Shown: positions 29,591-38,458 of the stretch, in pieces
Layout of the letters: each line of letters starts with the position of its first letter
Position numbering within the stretch: position 1 is the first letter of the stretch
Origin: an uncultured Actinomycetes bacterium
GTDB taxonomy: Bacteria; Actinomycetota; Thermoleophilia; Miltoncostaeales; Miltoncostaeaceae
Direction of reading: 5' to 3'
DNA: 64,000 bases
Assembly: GCA_903896045.1 (NCBI GenBank)
Contig: CAITWD010000022.1
Span: forward strand, 4,398 to 68,397
Translations under genes and position numbers: made by a program
Notes under the pieces: generated by a model
The model's database searches: none
Seen by the model: only the letters and a program-made list of their open reading frames with translations
What the model was told of the DNA's origin: nothing

Positions 29591-31510
29591 GTGACTGTAT
29601 CCGGGCAACTTGATCTCTTGATTGCGACGCCCCCCGCGGGCGGCGAACCGGTCATGTCAGATCGGCTCTGCGCACTGCTTGTGCGCCGCGGCCGACCGCT
29701 TGAGATTGGGCAAGTTGTGGCCCAGGTGCTCCGCCTGCGCGGGTGTCCACAGCATCTGCAACGCCGACTTGTGGGCGAGCTCATCGAGGCCGATGGCCGC
29801 TTGGCATGGCATGGCAAAGATTTGGTCGGACTCGCTCCGCAGCGTTGGGCGACCGAGCATGTCAATGACGCAACCTTCTGCATCGTCGACCTTGAGACCA
29901 CTGGAGGGAGCCCTGGCTCCTCCAAAATCACTGAAATTGGCGCGGTGCGGGTCTCGGGTCTTCGTATTGTCGAGCGATTCTCGTTGCTGGTTGATCCCGA
30001 GCGCCCGATTCCTGAGTCCATTACCCGCCTGACGGGCATCACCAATGAGATGGTGGCTGGTCAGCCGGAGATCGGTGCGGCGCTCGAGCAATTTGTTGCC
30101 TTCGCGCGCAATGACGTTTTGGTCGCACACAACGCGCCATTTGATTTGCGCTTTTTGACCTATGAGCGGCGGCGCACGCAGAGCCGGTATTTCACCCAGC
30201 CATGGCTCGATACCTTGACGCTTGCGCGCCGTCTGTTGGCCGGGAAAGTGGCGCGGAATGATCTGGGGACCCTTGCGGCATGGGCTGATACCGATGTGCG
30301 ACCAAACCACCGTGCGCTTCCTGACGCAGAGGCGACCGCAGAACTGCTGATTCGCTTTCTTGAGATGTTGCGCGAGCAAGGCGTGGATACCGTCGAACGG
30401 GTCGTGGCGATGGGTGCGCCCGGGGGAACACGCCATTCTTGGAAGCTGGCCCTTGCTGATGAGTTGCCGGCTGCTCCTGGGATTTACTTAATGCGCAATC
30501 GTCGGGGTGACGTGCTGTACGTCGGCAAGGCGCGTGACCTGCGCCGCAGGGTGCGTTCGTACTTTGGTCCTGGGGGACGTCATGGTCGGCTCATCGGACG
30601 AGCGCTTGAGCAGCTTGAGCGCATCGATTATGAGTGCTGCGCATCAGAACTCGATGCCCTTCTTGCCGAGCACCGGGTGCTCAGAGACCTGCGCCCTCCA
30701 TGCAATCAGCGGGGCCTTGCGTCGCCGATGTGGCGAGTGGTGCTTACGGGTGAGGATGTTCCGCGGTTGCGTGTGCTTCGTGGGATGCCCGTCGCCCAGG
30801 ATGGAACCCTCTTGTGTGTGCGCAGCGAACGTCGCGCACGCGGGGTGCGTGACACCTTGCTTGCGCTGTACCCGTTGCAGTCTGCACATCAGTTGCCCTA
30901 TCCGGGGTGGAATGAATCCGAGGAGGAGCCGTCGCCGCTCTTTGCCGACGATGACGTGACGCGGGCACGCGAGTTGCAGGAGCTGTGTGGACCGAGTCCT
31001 GCACGCGCCCTCGGGCAACTCGCGCTTCGTTGTGCGCAGGCCGTGCGCGGGGGGCGAGTGGTGATGGATGCGGCGGGCCAACAGCACATTCAGGCACTCC
31101 TGGCGGAGCTGCAAATCGGTTGGCGTGCGCACGGGGTGCGCCAACATCGAATGCTGGTGGTTGAGGTGGCAGCGACCCCGGGGCAGGCGGTGGTGTTCGG
31201 CGTCGTCGGGGGCGAAATTGTCGGCCGCGCTGAAGTTGATGCCCAGACATGGCCACTGTCGATTGAGCGCATTGTTGGTGCAGTGCAGTCGGCGCGTTCG
31301 GCGTCGGACCGTGAGCCCCTTGATCCAGAGGCACTGATCATTGACGCCCGCGCCCGCGTCCGTGGCCGTCAGGGGGTTGTCAATGTGCCGATTGATCTGC
31401 GCATCGATGAGGTCCTATTGCGCGTTGCGCCGCTGATTGAGCAGGCCTGCGCACCTCGACGCCCAGCACGACGTGTCGCGGATGGCAACGCGGCACTGCG
31501 GGCCGCATAG
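29591..31510 (+). CDS. DEDDh 3'-5' exonuclease / GIY-YIG nuclease fusion protein (Rv2191-like)
   Basis: Exo motifs FCIVDLETTG and VAHNAPFDLRFL, then GIY-YIG (PGIYLMRNRRGDVLYVGKARDLRRRVRSYF). Start is GTG 29591 or ATG 29654. Confidence 0.85.
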   Translation: MTVSGQLDLLIATPPAGGEPVMSDRLCALLVRRGRPLEIGQVVAQVLRLRGCPQHLQRRLVGELIEADGRLAWHGKDLVGLAPQRWATEHVNDATFCIVDLETTGGSPGSSKITEIGAVRVSGLRIVERFSLLVDPERPIPESITRLTGITNEMVAGQPEIGAALEQFVAFARNDVLVAHNAPFDLRFLTYERRRTQSRYFTQPWLDTLTLARRLLAGKVARNDLGTLAAWADTDVRPNHRALPDAEATAELLIRFLEMLREQGVDTVERVVAMGAPGGTRHSWKLALADELPAAPGIYLMRNRRGDVLYVGKARDLRRRVRSYFGPGGRHGRLIGRALEQLERIDYECCASELDALLAEHRVLRDLRPPCNQRGLASPMWRVVLTGEDVPRLRVLRGMPVAQDGTLLCVRSERRARGVRDTLLALYPLQSAHQLPYPGWNESEEEPSPLFADDDVTRARELQELCGPSPARALGQLALRCAQAVRGGRVVMDAAGQQHIQALLAELQIGWRAHGVRQHRMLVVEVAATPGQAVVFGVVGGEIVGRAEVDAQTWPLSIERIVGAVQSARSASDREPLDPEALIIDARARVRGRQGVVNVPIDLRIDEVLLRVAPLIEQACAPRRPARRVADGNAALRAA

Positions 31511-31539
31511 TATCTCAACCTTTACTTGAGGTTGAGATA
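31511..31539 (+). terminator. Hairpin between the nuclease gene and mutY
   Basis: TATCTCAACC-9 nt-GGTTGAGATA, a perfect 10-bp inverted repeat starting 1 nt after the TAG at 31508-31510. Confidence 0.45.
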
Positions 31540-31549
31540 TCTCAGTGGG

Positions 31550-32374
31550 ATGGTCCCCGTGTCAGACTGCGACGCAATGATCGATTCTGCGTCCACAACT
31601 GACCCGGCAGTCGCGGTGCTTATCGCCTGGTTTTCCGATCAGGGTGCGGATTTTCCCTGGCGGCAATCTCGCGATCGCTATGCCGTGCTCGTGGCAGAAG
31701 TGCAGCTGCAGTCCACTCAAGTGGCACGGGTTGTGCCCTACTTTGAGCGTTGGATGGCGCGTTGGCCAACAGTGGATACGCTGGCCAATGCTCCCCTGGC
31801 TGAGGTGTTGTCGGCATGGCAGGGACTGGGATACCCCCGGCGCGCCCGCAATTTGCATCGCGCCGCACAGATGATTTGCACCGAAGGGTGGCCTCCCGCA
31901 GATCGGTTGACCGATTTACCTGGAGTTGGCCCGTATACGGCAGCGGCATTGCGGTGCTTTGCCGATGAAGAGCCGGTGTTGCCCATAGATGTCAATGTTG
32001 CGCGGGTGCTGGCACGTCGATTCCCTGATGGATGGCCGGGAACCCCAGATGGTGATGGATGGACGATTGGTCAGGCACTGATGGATGTGGGGCGTGAGTG
32101 GTGTACCCAGCGAGCCCCGCGTTGCGGATCAGGCTGCCCATTGCGCGATGGGTGTGTGGCAGCGGAGTCTGGGCATCCGGAGTTGCTCGCACCGACGCGG
32201 CGGCGTCAATCCGCCTTTGCGGGTTCGATGCGCCAGCGCCGTGGTGTGCTGATGCGCGCGATGACCTCAGATGGGAGCGTGCCGATCGTCCAGGACATTG
32301 ATGCGGCCGTGTCATTGGTTGCCGATGGGTTGGCCCGCGAGGATGGCGACCTTCTTCGACTTCCCGTCGACTGA
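31550..32374 (+). CDS. mutY: A/G-specific adenine DNA glycosylase (short MutY, no NUDIX-like C-domain)
   Basis: HhH-GPD (LPGVGPYTAAA) and 4Fe-4S cluster loop CTQRAPRCGSGCPLRDGC. Start placed after the hairpin (ATG 31550). Confidence 0.85.
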   Translation: MVPVSDCDAMIDSASTTDPAVAVLIAWFSDQGADFPWRQSRDRYAVLVAEVQLQSTQVARVVPYFERWMARWPTVDTLANAPLAEVLSAWQGLGYPRRARNLHRAAQMICTEGWPPADRLTDLPGVGPYTAAALRCFADEEPVLPIDVNVARVLARRFPDGWPGTPDGDGWTIGQALMDVGREWCTQRAPRCGSGCPLRDGCVAAESGHPELLAPTRRRQSAFAGSMRQRRGVLMRAMTSDGSVPIVQDIDAAVSLVADGLAREDGDLLRLPVD

Positions 32375-32805
32375 TGCGTTCCGATACGCGCCAAATCGTC
32401 GTTGCCGCACTGATTGCCCGCGGTGGCCGGATGCTGATCAGCCAACGTCGCCCCAACACCGGCCATCCGGGGTTTTGGGAGTTTCCGGGGGGGAAAGTTG
32501 AGCCGGGAGAGGATGACCGCACTGCATTGCGTCGCGAACTCGATGAGGAACTCGGCATTTCTTTGGAGGTTGGCGCGTGCGCGTGGACGACGATCTCAGG
32601 CCCACTGGAATTGCGGTTTTATTGGTGCGAGTGGGCGCCCTATTTGCAACCGCGTGCACGTGAGGTGGTGCAGTTTCGGTGGATCGAGTTCCCGCGCCTT
32701 GGGGACTACACATTCCCGCCTGCCGATCAGGGGTTGGTCGACGCCCTTGTCGGGGGCCGTCTGGTGCCCAAGATGGGTGGCATCGGGCGGACCGCGGTAG
32801 AATAG
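32374..32805 (+). CDS. mutT: NUDIX hydrolase, MutT-like (8-oxo-dGTP diphosphatase type)
   Basis: NUDIX box GGKVEPGEDDRTALRRELDEELGI. The ATG shares one base with the mutY TGA (TGATG). Confidence 0.85.
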   Translation: MRSDTRQIVVAALIARGGRMLISQRRPNTGHPGFWEFPGGKVEPGEDDRTALRRELDEELGISLEVGACAWTTISGPLELRFYWCEWAPYLQPRAREVVQFRWIEFPRLGDYTFPPADQGLVDALVGGRLVPKMGGIGRTAVE

Positions 32806-32829
32806 ATTCTCGACGCAAGGGAGGCGTGG

Positions 32830-33009
32830 ATGGCTAAGGCAAAGCGAGAACGACGTACGAGCTTTCGCACAATGGACGGCGATTCAGCATTTGATGCCCT
32901 CGAGCGCATCGCCGAGATGGAACGTCAGGAGCAGTTGGCCAATCCCGCCATGCACCCAGATCCCTCAGTTGCTGTCGATACGACCGAGGACGATTCCGAC
33001 ACCCAATAG
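32830..33009 (+). CDS. Small 59-aa ORF (below the ORF-track cutoff)
   Basis: Hand-translated: MAKAKRERRTSFRTMDGDSAFDALERIAEMERQEQLANPAMHPDPSVAVDTTEDDSDTQ*. AAGGGAGG SD lies 5 nt upstream of the ATG. Confidence 0.4.
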   Translation: MAKAKRERRTSFRTMDGDSAFDALERIAEMERQEQLANPAMHPDPSVAVDTTEDDSDTQ

Positions 33010-33030
33010 TGCCGGGTTGTCCTGAGTGAA

Positions 33031-33708
33031 CTAGTCGGTTGCGGTGCTTGCGGCGCGGCGAAATGGTTCGCCGGTGACAATAAAGTTCACGCGACCGCCG
33101 AGTTCGGCGCCGTTGTTGGCAACCCGCTCAAGGTGTCGACCCACCAGCACCGCGGCGGCCATCCACGCGGGATCACCCCCGCCGGCGTTTGCCGCTGCAA
33201 CTGCGGAGGGAAGTTCGATGAGCATCTGCCGAACCGCGTGGGCTTGACCCCGTGCCCGTTCCCCGAGTTCTGCATCGCTGCGGGCGATGGCTTGCACGGC
33301 GATCGCCAACGTGTCGACCGCTTGGGCACTCATACGTGACAGTGTTGCTTGAATCTCCGGGTTCGCATCACTTGGGCGAATTGATCTGGTGAGCTCTGCA
33401 ATCGCGACGGCAAGATCTCCGACGCGCTCGAGTGCGACGACGGCGATCAGACCGACGTGCAACAGGCGCAGGTCGCTGGCGACCGGTGCCTGCAAAAGCT
33501 GGGTGCGGTAGATCGCGTAGTCGAGATCTGCACACGCCTCATCGATGCGCTCATCGTCGGCGATAATTTGATCGACGCCCGAGGCATCGCCATTTTCCCA
33601 TGCAAGCGTTGCGCGTTCGATTTGGTTGAGCACGTTGCTCGCCATCTCCACAATGCGCATCCGGAGATCCTGCATTTCACTTTGAAAATGGGTTCGCGCA
33701 GTTGCCAT
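33031..33708 (-). CDS. phoU: Phosphate signalling regulator PhoU
   Basis: Two PhoU repeats (DDERIDEACADLDYAIYRTQLLQAPVASDLR; HLERVANNGAELG). Start at ATG 33708. Confidence 0.9.
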   Translation of the reverse strand: MATARTHFQSEMQDLRMRIVEMASNVLNQIERATLAWENGDASGVDQIIADDERIDEACADLDYAIYRTQLLQAPVASDLRLLHVGLIAVVALERVGDLAVAIAELTRSIRPSDANPEIQATLSRMSAQAVDTLAIAVQAIARSDAELGERARGQAHAVRQMLIELPSAVAAANAGGGDPAWMAAAVLVGRHLERVANNGAELGGRVNFIVTGEPFRRAASTATD

Positions 33709-33771
33709 ATCTGTAAGTCTAGGACGAATTACAGACGCCAACTCCGATATCAGTGCGATTTCGACAAAAAA

Positions 33772-33788
33772 ATCACCATTTTGGTGAT
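33772..33788. promoter_or_regulatory. Palindrome ATCACCA-TTT-TGGTGAT in the divergent phoU/membrane-protein intergenic region
   Basis: Perfect 7-bp inverted repeat read directly, flanked by an A-tract and a TTGACA hexamer (33794-33799). Confidence 0.3.
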
Positions 33789-33855
33789 CGAAATTGACAC
33801 ACATCCATAACGGTCATCGGCCAGATGGTCGTCGGCGATCTTTAGGGTATGTGCT

Positions 33856-34635
33856 GTGTCTGATCCGTTTGCGAATGCGCCGATGCGGGTGTGCGTCTTC
33901 ATCTTTGCCGTGACGGCGATGGGCTTGGCGCTTGACAAGATTGTGGGCATCCCCGGACAAGTGCTCTTGGGTGGATGCTGCTGGCTGATCTTGGGTGTGG
34001 TGTTGCGCTCGGCGACGCGAGTGGAGCGTATGCAGACATTGGTCGTCATTGTGGTCGCGACCTGTTTTGAGGTCATCGGCTCAATTATTTGGGGCGCATA
34101 TATCTATCGCCATCACAACCTGCCGATGTTTGTGCCGCCCGGTCATGGCCTTGTGTATCTCTTTGGTTTGCGTCTCACTCAAACGCGATGGGTGACCGCG
34201 CACGCGACCCTGTGGGTGCGTTGTGCATTTGTGGGCGTCGTCGGGTGGGGGATTATCGGCCTGACAGTCCTTCCAAACACTGATGTGGGTGGCCTCATCG
34301 GCGTCGTGGTGTTGGGGATCTTTTTACTGCGCGGCAGGAACGCAGGGGTATACGCGAGCGTGTTTGCGTTCGTCGCGTTTCTCGAGATCTACGGTGTCTC
34401 GATGGGGACCTGGCGTTGGGAGGCAATTATTCCGGGGACAGGAATTCCCAACGGAAATCCTCCATCGGGTATTGCGGCGGGGTACGTCTTTTTCGATATC
34501 GCTGCGATTGCACTGGCCCCGCGTCTTTTGACCCTCTGGGGGCGCTGGCGTGGCGGCGAGGACCTCGTGCCGGCGCATCACGCCGATGTGCCTGACGCGG
34601 CAGCATCGACTGCCTCGGTGATCTCGGGCCAGTAG
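33856..34635 (+). CDS. Integral membrane protein, unknown family
   Basis: 259 aa with about 7 hydrophobic segments. GTG start. No motif recognised. Confidence 0.65.
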   Translation: MSDPFANAPMRVCVFIFAVTAMGLALDKIVGIPGQVLLGGCCWLILGVVLRSATRVERMQTLVVIVVATCFEVIGSIIWGAYIYRHHNLPMFVPPGHGLVYLFGLRLTQTRWVTAHATLWVRCAFVGVVGWGIIGLTVLPNTDVGGLIGVVVLGIFLLRGRNAGVYASVFAFVAFLEIYGVSMGTWRWEAIIPGTGIPNGNPPSGIAAGYVFFDIAAIALAPRLLTLWGRWRGGEDLVPAHHADVPDAAASTASVISGQ

Positions 34636-34650
34636 GTGCATCTGACGCCG

Positions 34651-34902
34651 CTAGCTGCCAGGAGCCCCAAAGTGGTTGTGGCAGGCGTCTTCGTGGTCGA
34701 TTGAGCTCACGCGCGCAAGGGTGATCTCTGCTGGCCACAACGGCGGGGTATGTGCGGGATCGCCTTCGGGGGATGAAATCACTGCCTGCCAACGAAAGAC
34801 GGTGCACCTCCAACCGATCTCCTCGAAATCGAGGATCAGGTCATGCAGGAGATCTGGCGGGCCAATCAGGGAATAGTTCGTTGGTGCAGGTGTGGGTGTC
34901 AT
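34651..34902 (-). CDS. Hypothetical 83-aa protein (uncertain)
   Basis: C-terminal part of ORF 34651-35454, from ATG 34902. Third-position GC is coding-like. The upstream part of that ORF runs through the tRNA and is discarded. Confidence 0.35.
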   Translation of the reverse strand: MTPTPAPTNYSLIGPPDLLHDLILDFEEIGWRCTVFRWQAVISSPEGDPAHTPPLWPAEITLARVSSIDHEDACHNHFGAPGS

Positions 34903-34959
34903 GGATGTAGAGTTTGCACCCAAGTGAGCACTCGTGTGGCATTTACCGGCGAAATTTCG

Positions 34960-35217
34960 ATGCTGTGGCATACCGTCGATCGGTATCGCGGCAATGTGAT
35001 CCAGTTCACCATTGATCCGGATCAGATGCTCGATATGGACACATTCGAGCTTACGGGCGCACTTGCTGATGCATATATCGACGGCGTGCTCGCCGAGGGA
35101 ATGCGCGTACGCATCGAGTGCATGATCGATACAATTGAGGTCGTCAACTTCGATACTGGCGAAACTTCTGACGAGGAGCGCCCAGTCGTAATCGACGTGA
35201 TGGTCCTGGGATCGTGA
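34960..35217 (+). CDS. Hypothetical acidic 85-aa protein (uncertain)
   Basis: Part of ORF 34843-35217 from MLWHTVDRY. Coding-like codon bias, no SD, start ambiguous. Confidence 0.35.
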   Translation: MLWHTVDRYRGNVIQFTIDPDQMLDMDTFELTGALADAYIDGVLAEGMRVRIECMIDTIEVVNFDTGETSDEERPVVIDVMVLGS

Positions 35218-35272
35218 CGGATCGACGAGGGCGTCGAGTGCGACCCATATACTCGCGGTGGGCTGTACGCAT

Positions 35273-35347
35273 TGGGGCGTAGCCAAGTGGTAAGGCAGCG
35301 GGTTTTGGTCCCGCCATTCGGGGGTTCGAATCCTCCCGCCCCAACCA
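35273..35347 (+). tRNA. tRNA-Gln (anticodon UUG), CCA encoded
   Basis: Hand-folded cloverleaf: acceptor TGGGGCG/CGCCCCA (U1-A72), anticodon arm GCGGG-TTTTGGT-CCCGC, T-arm GGGGG-TTCGAAT-CCTCC, 3' ACCA. 75 nt. Confidence 0.9.
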
Positions 35348-35379
35348 ATTTTGCTGGGCGTGCCAGAGGGGGCATTTAG

Positions 35380-36777
35380 ATGAGTCTCGGCGCTGTGGTG
35401 CTTGCCGCGGGGCAGGGCACGCGAATGAAGTCGGCAACGCCGAAGGTGTTGCACCGTCTGGCAGGCCGCATGATGGTTGAGTGGGTGTTGGCCGCGCTAC
35501 GTGATGTTGAGGTGGCGCACACTGTCGTCGTTGTCGGACACGGAGCGGATGCCGTTGCCACCGCGCTCCCCGAGAGTGTCGCCACCCAAATCCAGGGAAG
35601 TCAGCACGGCACGGGGCATGCCACCGCAGTTGGTCTCGAGGGGCTTGATGGTGGGTGCGACTCGGTCCTGGTGCTGTGCGGCGATACGCCGCTCTTGACT
35701 CCCGAGATCATCACCACGCTCGTTGCCGCGCATCGTGCGGAGGGAGACCTCGCCACCATGCTGACGACCATGCTCGAGGATGCGGGCACATATGGACGCG
35801 TCCTCCGTGACGCTGAAGGCGCCGTGGTGGGGGTCGTTGAAGCGCGCGATGCCTCACCTGCGCAGTTGGCGGTCCGCGAGATTAATGCCGGGATCTTTGT
35901 CTTTGATCGCGCAGCGCTTTCCGATGCGCTTGCAAAAATTGGGACCGACAATGCCCAGGGTGAGCTGTATCTGCCAGATGTCCTCGGTCTGATGTCGGGT
36001 CGGGTTGGTGCGGTGATCAGTGCCGACAGCGATGTGGTGCATGGGGTCAATACCCGTGTGGATCTCGCCGAGTGTGAAGCGGTACTGCAAACGCGCCTGC
36101 GTACAGCCTTGATGCACGCCGGGGTGACGATGACCGATCCCGCCCAGGTCTATCTCGACGCGGATGTCTGCGTTGGTGCCGACACCCATCTGCTGCCCGG
36201 GGTGCATCTGCGGACCGGGACGGTGATTGGCGAGCGTTGCGTCATTGGTCCGAATTGCGTGATTGAGGCCAGTCACGTGGGCGATGACGCGCAGATCATC
36301 AATGCGGTTGTCCGCGAGAGCGTGGTCGGGTCGAAGACCAGTGTGGGGCCCTTCGCCTTTTTGCGCCCAGGAACTGACTTGGCCGAGAGCGCCAAAATTG
36401 GCACCTTCGTGGAAACCAAGAACGCGCGCATCGGTGCGCGTGCGAAGGTTCCTCATTTGTCCTACATCGGTGACGCCGAAATTGGGGAAGAGACCAATAT
36501 CGGCGCCGGCAATATCACCGCCAATTACGACGGCTTTCGCAAACACCGCACAATCGTGGGTGCGCGGGTCAAAACCGGATCCGATTGTGTCCTTGTGGCG
36601 CCGGTGACGATCGGCGACGATGCCATGACGGGCGCTGGTTCGATCATCACCGAAGATGTGCCGAATGGCGCGCTCGGGATTGCTCGGTCTCGGCAACGTG
36701 TCATTGAGGATTTCACGAGGCGGGCTGCTGCAAAGGCGCGCGCTGCATCGAACGACCCCGGGGGGCACACCGCATGA
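35380..36777 (+). CDS. glmU: Bifunctional GlcNAc-1-P uridyltransferase / GlcN-1-P acetyltransferase
   Basis: LAAGQGTRMKS N-terminal motif plus a C-terminal left-handed beta-helix hexapeptide region. Confidence 0.95.
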   Translation: MSLGAVVLAAGQGTRMKSATPKVLHRLAGRMMVEWVLAALRDVEVAHTVVVVGHGADAVATALPESVATQIQGSQHGTGHATAVGLEGLDGGCDSVLVLCGDTPLLTPEIITTLVAAHRAEGDLATMLTTMLEDAGTYGRVLRDAEGAVVGVVEARDASPAQLAVREINAGIFVFDRAALSDALAKIGTDNAQGELYLPDVLGLMSGRVGAVISADSDVVHGVNTRVDLAECEAVLQTRLRTALMHAGVTMTDPAQVYLDADVCVGADTHLLPGVHLRTGTVIGERCVIGPNCVIEASHVGDDAQIINAVVRESVVGSKTSVGPFAFLRPGTDLAESAKIGTFVETKNARIGARAKVPHLSYIGDAEIGEETNIGAGNITANYDGFRKHRTIVGARVKTGSDCVLVAPVTIGDDAMTGAGSIITEDVPNGALGIARSRQRVIEDFTRRAAAKARAASNDPGGHTA

Positions 36778-37769
36778 CCAGAACGAGCATCGATCGAGAT
36801 GACTCCAAGCGCTTGATGTTGTTTGCGGGTCGTACAAGCCGCGTGCTCGGAGAAACGATCGCCGAAAAGCTCGGTATGGAGCTGGGCGATGTGACGCTCA
36901 AGACCTTTGCAAACGGCGAAATCTACGTGCGCTTTGAAGAGAGCATCCGTGGTGCCGATGTCTTCTTGATCCAATCGACGAGCCGTCCTGCAAACGATGC
37001 ACTGATGGAATTGTTGATCATGATTGACGCGGCCAAGCTGGCCTCGGCGCATCGGATCAATGCGGTGATCCCGTGGTATGGCTACTCGCGCCAAGACAAG
37101 AAGTCTGCGCCGCGTGAGCCCATTACCGCCAAACTCGTTGCCGAGCTTTTACAGGCCGCAGGCGTTGATCGCGTGTTGACGATGGATTTGCACGCCGGCC
37201 AGGTACAGGGATTTTTCCGCATTCCCGTCGACCATATGACCGCGATTCCATTGCTTGTGGATCATTTCCTGGAGCGTCAGCGCACAGGTGAGCTCGACAA
37301 TCTTGTGGTGGTCTCACCAGATGCTGGTCGCGCAAAGCTGGCAAACCATGTCGCCGAGAAACTCGGTGCGTCTCTCGCCGTCTTGACCAAGCAACGCCCA
37401 GAGCACAATGCCGCCGAAATCACCCTGCTGGTGGGTGACGTGAAGGGGCGCGACGCAATTCTCATCGATGACATGATCGACACTGCTGGCACGCTTGTCG
37501 CCGGTGCCGACACAATTCGTAAGGCGGGTGCGCGGCGCATTTATGCCGCCGCTGTCCACGGATTATTCTCCCCGCCGGCCTTTGAGCGATTGGCGGGATC
37601 GGCAATCGAAGAGATTGTTGTCACCGATACGGTGCCCCTTACGCCTGACGCTCCGACCGATCTCATCAAGGTTGTCTCGGTCGCGCGGATCCTTGCTGAT
37701 TCGGTGCATAACGTCTTCTGCGATGAGTCGGTGAGTGAGATTTTCGCAGGAGAAAACCAGCTCTTTTAA
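36774..37769 (+). CDS. prs: Ribose-phosphate pyrophosphokinase
   Basis: PRPP synthetase motifs (VVSPDAGRAK, ILIDDMIDTAGT). ATGA overlap with glmU. Confidence 0.95.
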   Translation: MTRTSIDRDDSKRLMLFAGRTSRVLGETIAEKLGMELGDVTLKTFANGEIYVRFEESIRGADVFLIQSTSRPANDALMELLIMIDAAKLASAHRINAVIPWYGYSRQDKKSAPREPITAKLVAELLQAAGVDRVLTMDLHAGQVQGFFRIPVDHMTAIPLLVDHFLERQRTGELDNLVVVSPDAGRAKLANHVAEKLGASLAVLTKQRPEHNAAEITLLVGDVKGRDAILIDDMIDTAGTLVAGADTIRKAGARRIYAAAVHGLFSPPAFERLAGSAIEEIVVTDTVPLTPDAPTDLIKVVSVARILADSVHNVFCDESVSEIFAGENQLF

Positions 37770-37782
37770 AAAGTTTTTCGAT

Positions 37783-37808
37783 CATTTGGGGCGGAATTCG
37801 CCCAAATG
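37783..37808 (+). terminator. Hairpin after prs (terminator-like)
   Basis: CATTTGGGGCG-GAATT-CGCCCAAATG, 10 bp with one bulge, 14 nt after the TAA. Confidence 0.45.
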
Positions 37809-37871
37809 GGGGCGCGTCGGCTATCATCCGCGGTCGCCCGAGAACTGCACGAATGAGGACACGAGACCGGC

Positions 37872-38384
37872 ATGGCTAAACACACCGTAGAGGCAGAACC
37901 ACGTCACGAGTTTGGAAACGGACCGTCGCGTCGTCTTCGCGCACAAGGACGTGTGCCTGGCGTGATGTACCAACCGGCTGGTGATGCGCTCCCAATCTCC
38001 GTGAACGAACGCGAATTGCGTCGCGTCTTGTTTTCTGCGGATGGACGCACGAGCGTCATCGAGCTCTCGATTGGTGGAGCCCCTGCACAGCCTGCAGTAT
38101 TGACCGACTGGCAGCTGGATCACGTTCGCGGCAACATCCGTCACGTGGACTTCCGTCCCGCTGGCGCAGAAGAGCTCGCGAGTGGCGTCGTTGAGCGCGC
38201 GCCCGAGCACATCGAGGTGTTTGTCGATGAGAAGGTGCGCCGCGCCGCAGTTGTCCCGAACTCGGTTGCCGCCACTGCTGACGATGGCACCGTCGCTGCG
38301 GCTCCTGTTGATGAGATTGATGATGCGCCCCAGGCCGATGAGGCACCTGCTGGCGATGACGCCGGTGAGGACGAATCCGAGTAG
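37872..38384 (+). CDS. rplY: 50S ribosomal protein L25 / general stress protein Ctc
   Basis: RRLRAQGRVPGVMY...HVDF L25 N-domain. Acidic C-terminal tail. Confidence 0.9.
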   Translation: MAKHTVEAEPRHEFGNGPSRRLRAQGRVPGVMYQPAGDALPISVNERELRRVLFSADGRTSVIELSIGGAPAQPAVLTDWQLDHVRGNIRHVDFRPAGAEELASGVVERAPEHIEVFVDEKVRRAAVVPNSVAATADDGTVAAAPVDEIDDAPQADEAPAGDDAGEDESE

Positions 38385-38391
38385 TCGCCGA

Positions 38392-38416
38392 CGCGCCGAG
38401 TCGTACTGTCGGCGCG
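38392..38416 (+). terminator. Hairpin after rplY
   Basis: CGCGCCGA-9 nt-TCGGCGCG inverted repeat, 8 nt after the TAG. Confidence 0.4.
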
Positions 38417-38458
38417 GCAAAGGTGTCCTCCTCGCGAGGATTGCGTCGTGCGTTGGGA

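Noticed and set aside
34651-35454. 267-aa minus-strand ORF spanning the tRNA-Gln locus.
   Set aside because: It runs straight through the tRNA gene (35273-35347) and the glmU start. Only its last 83 codons, downstream of an internal ATG, were kept, as a low-confidence ORF.
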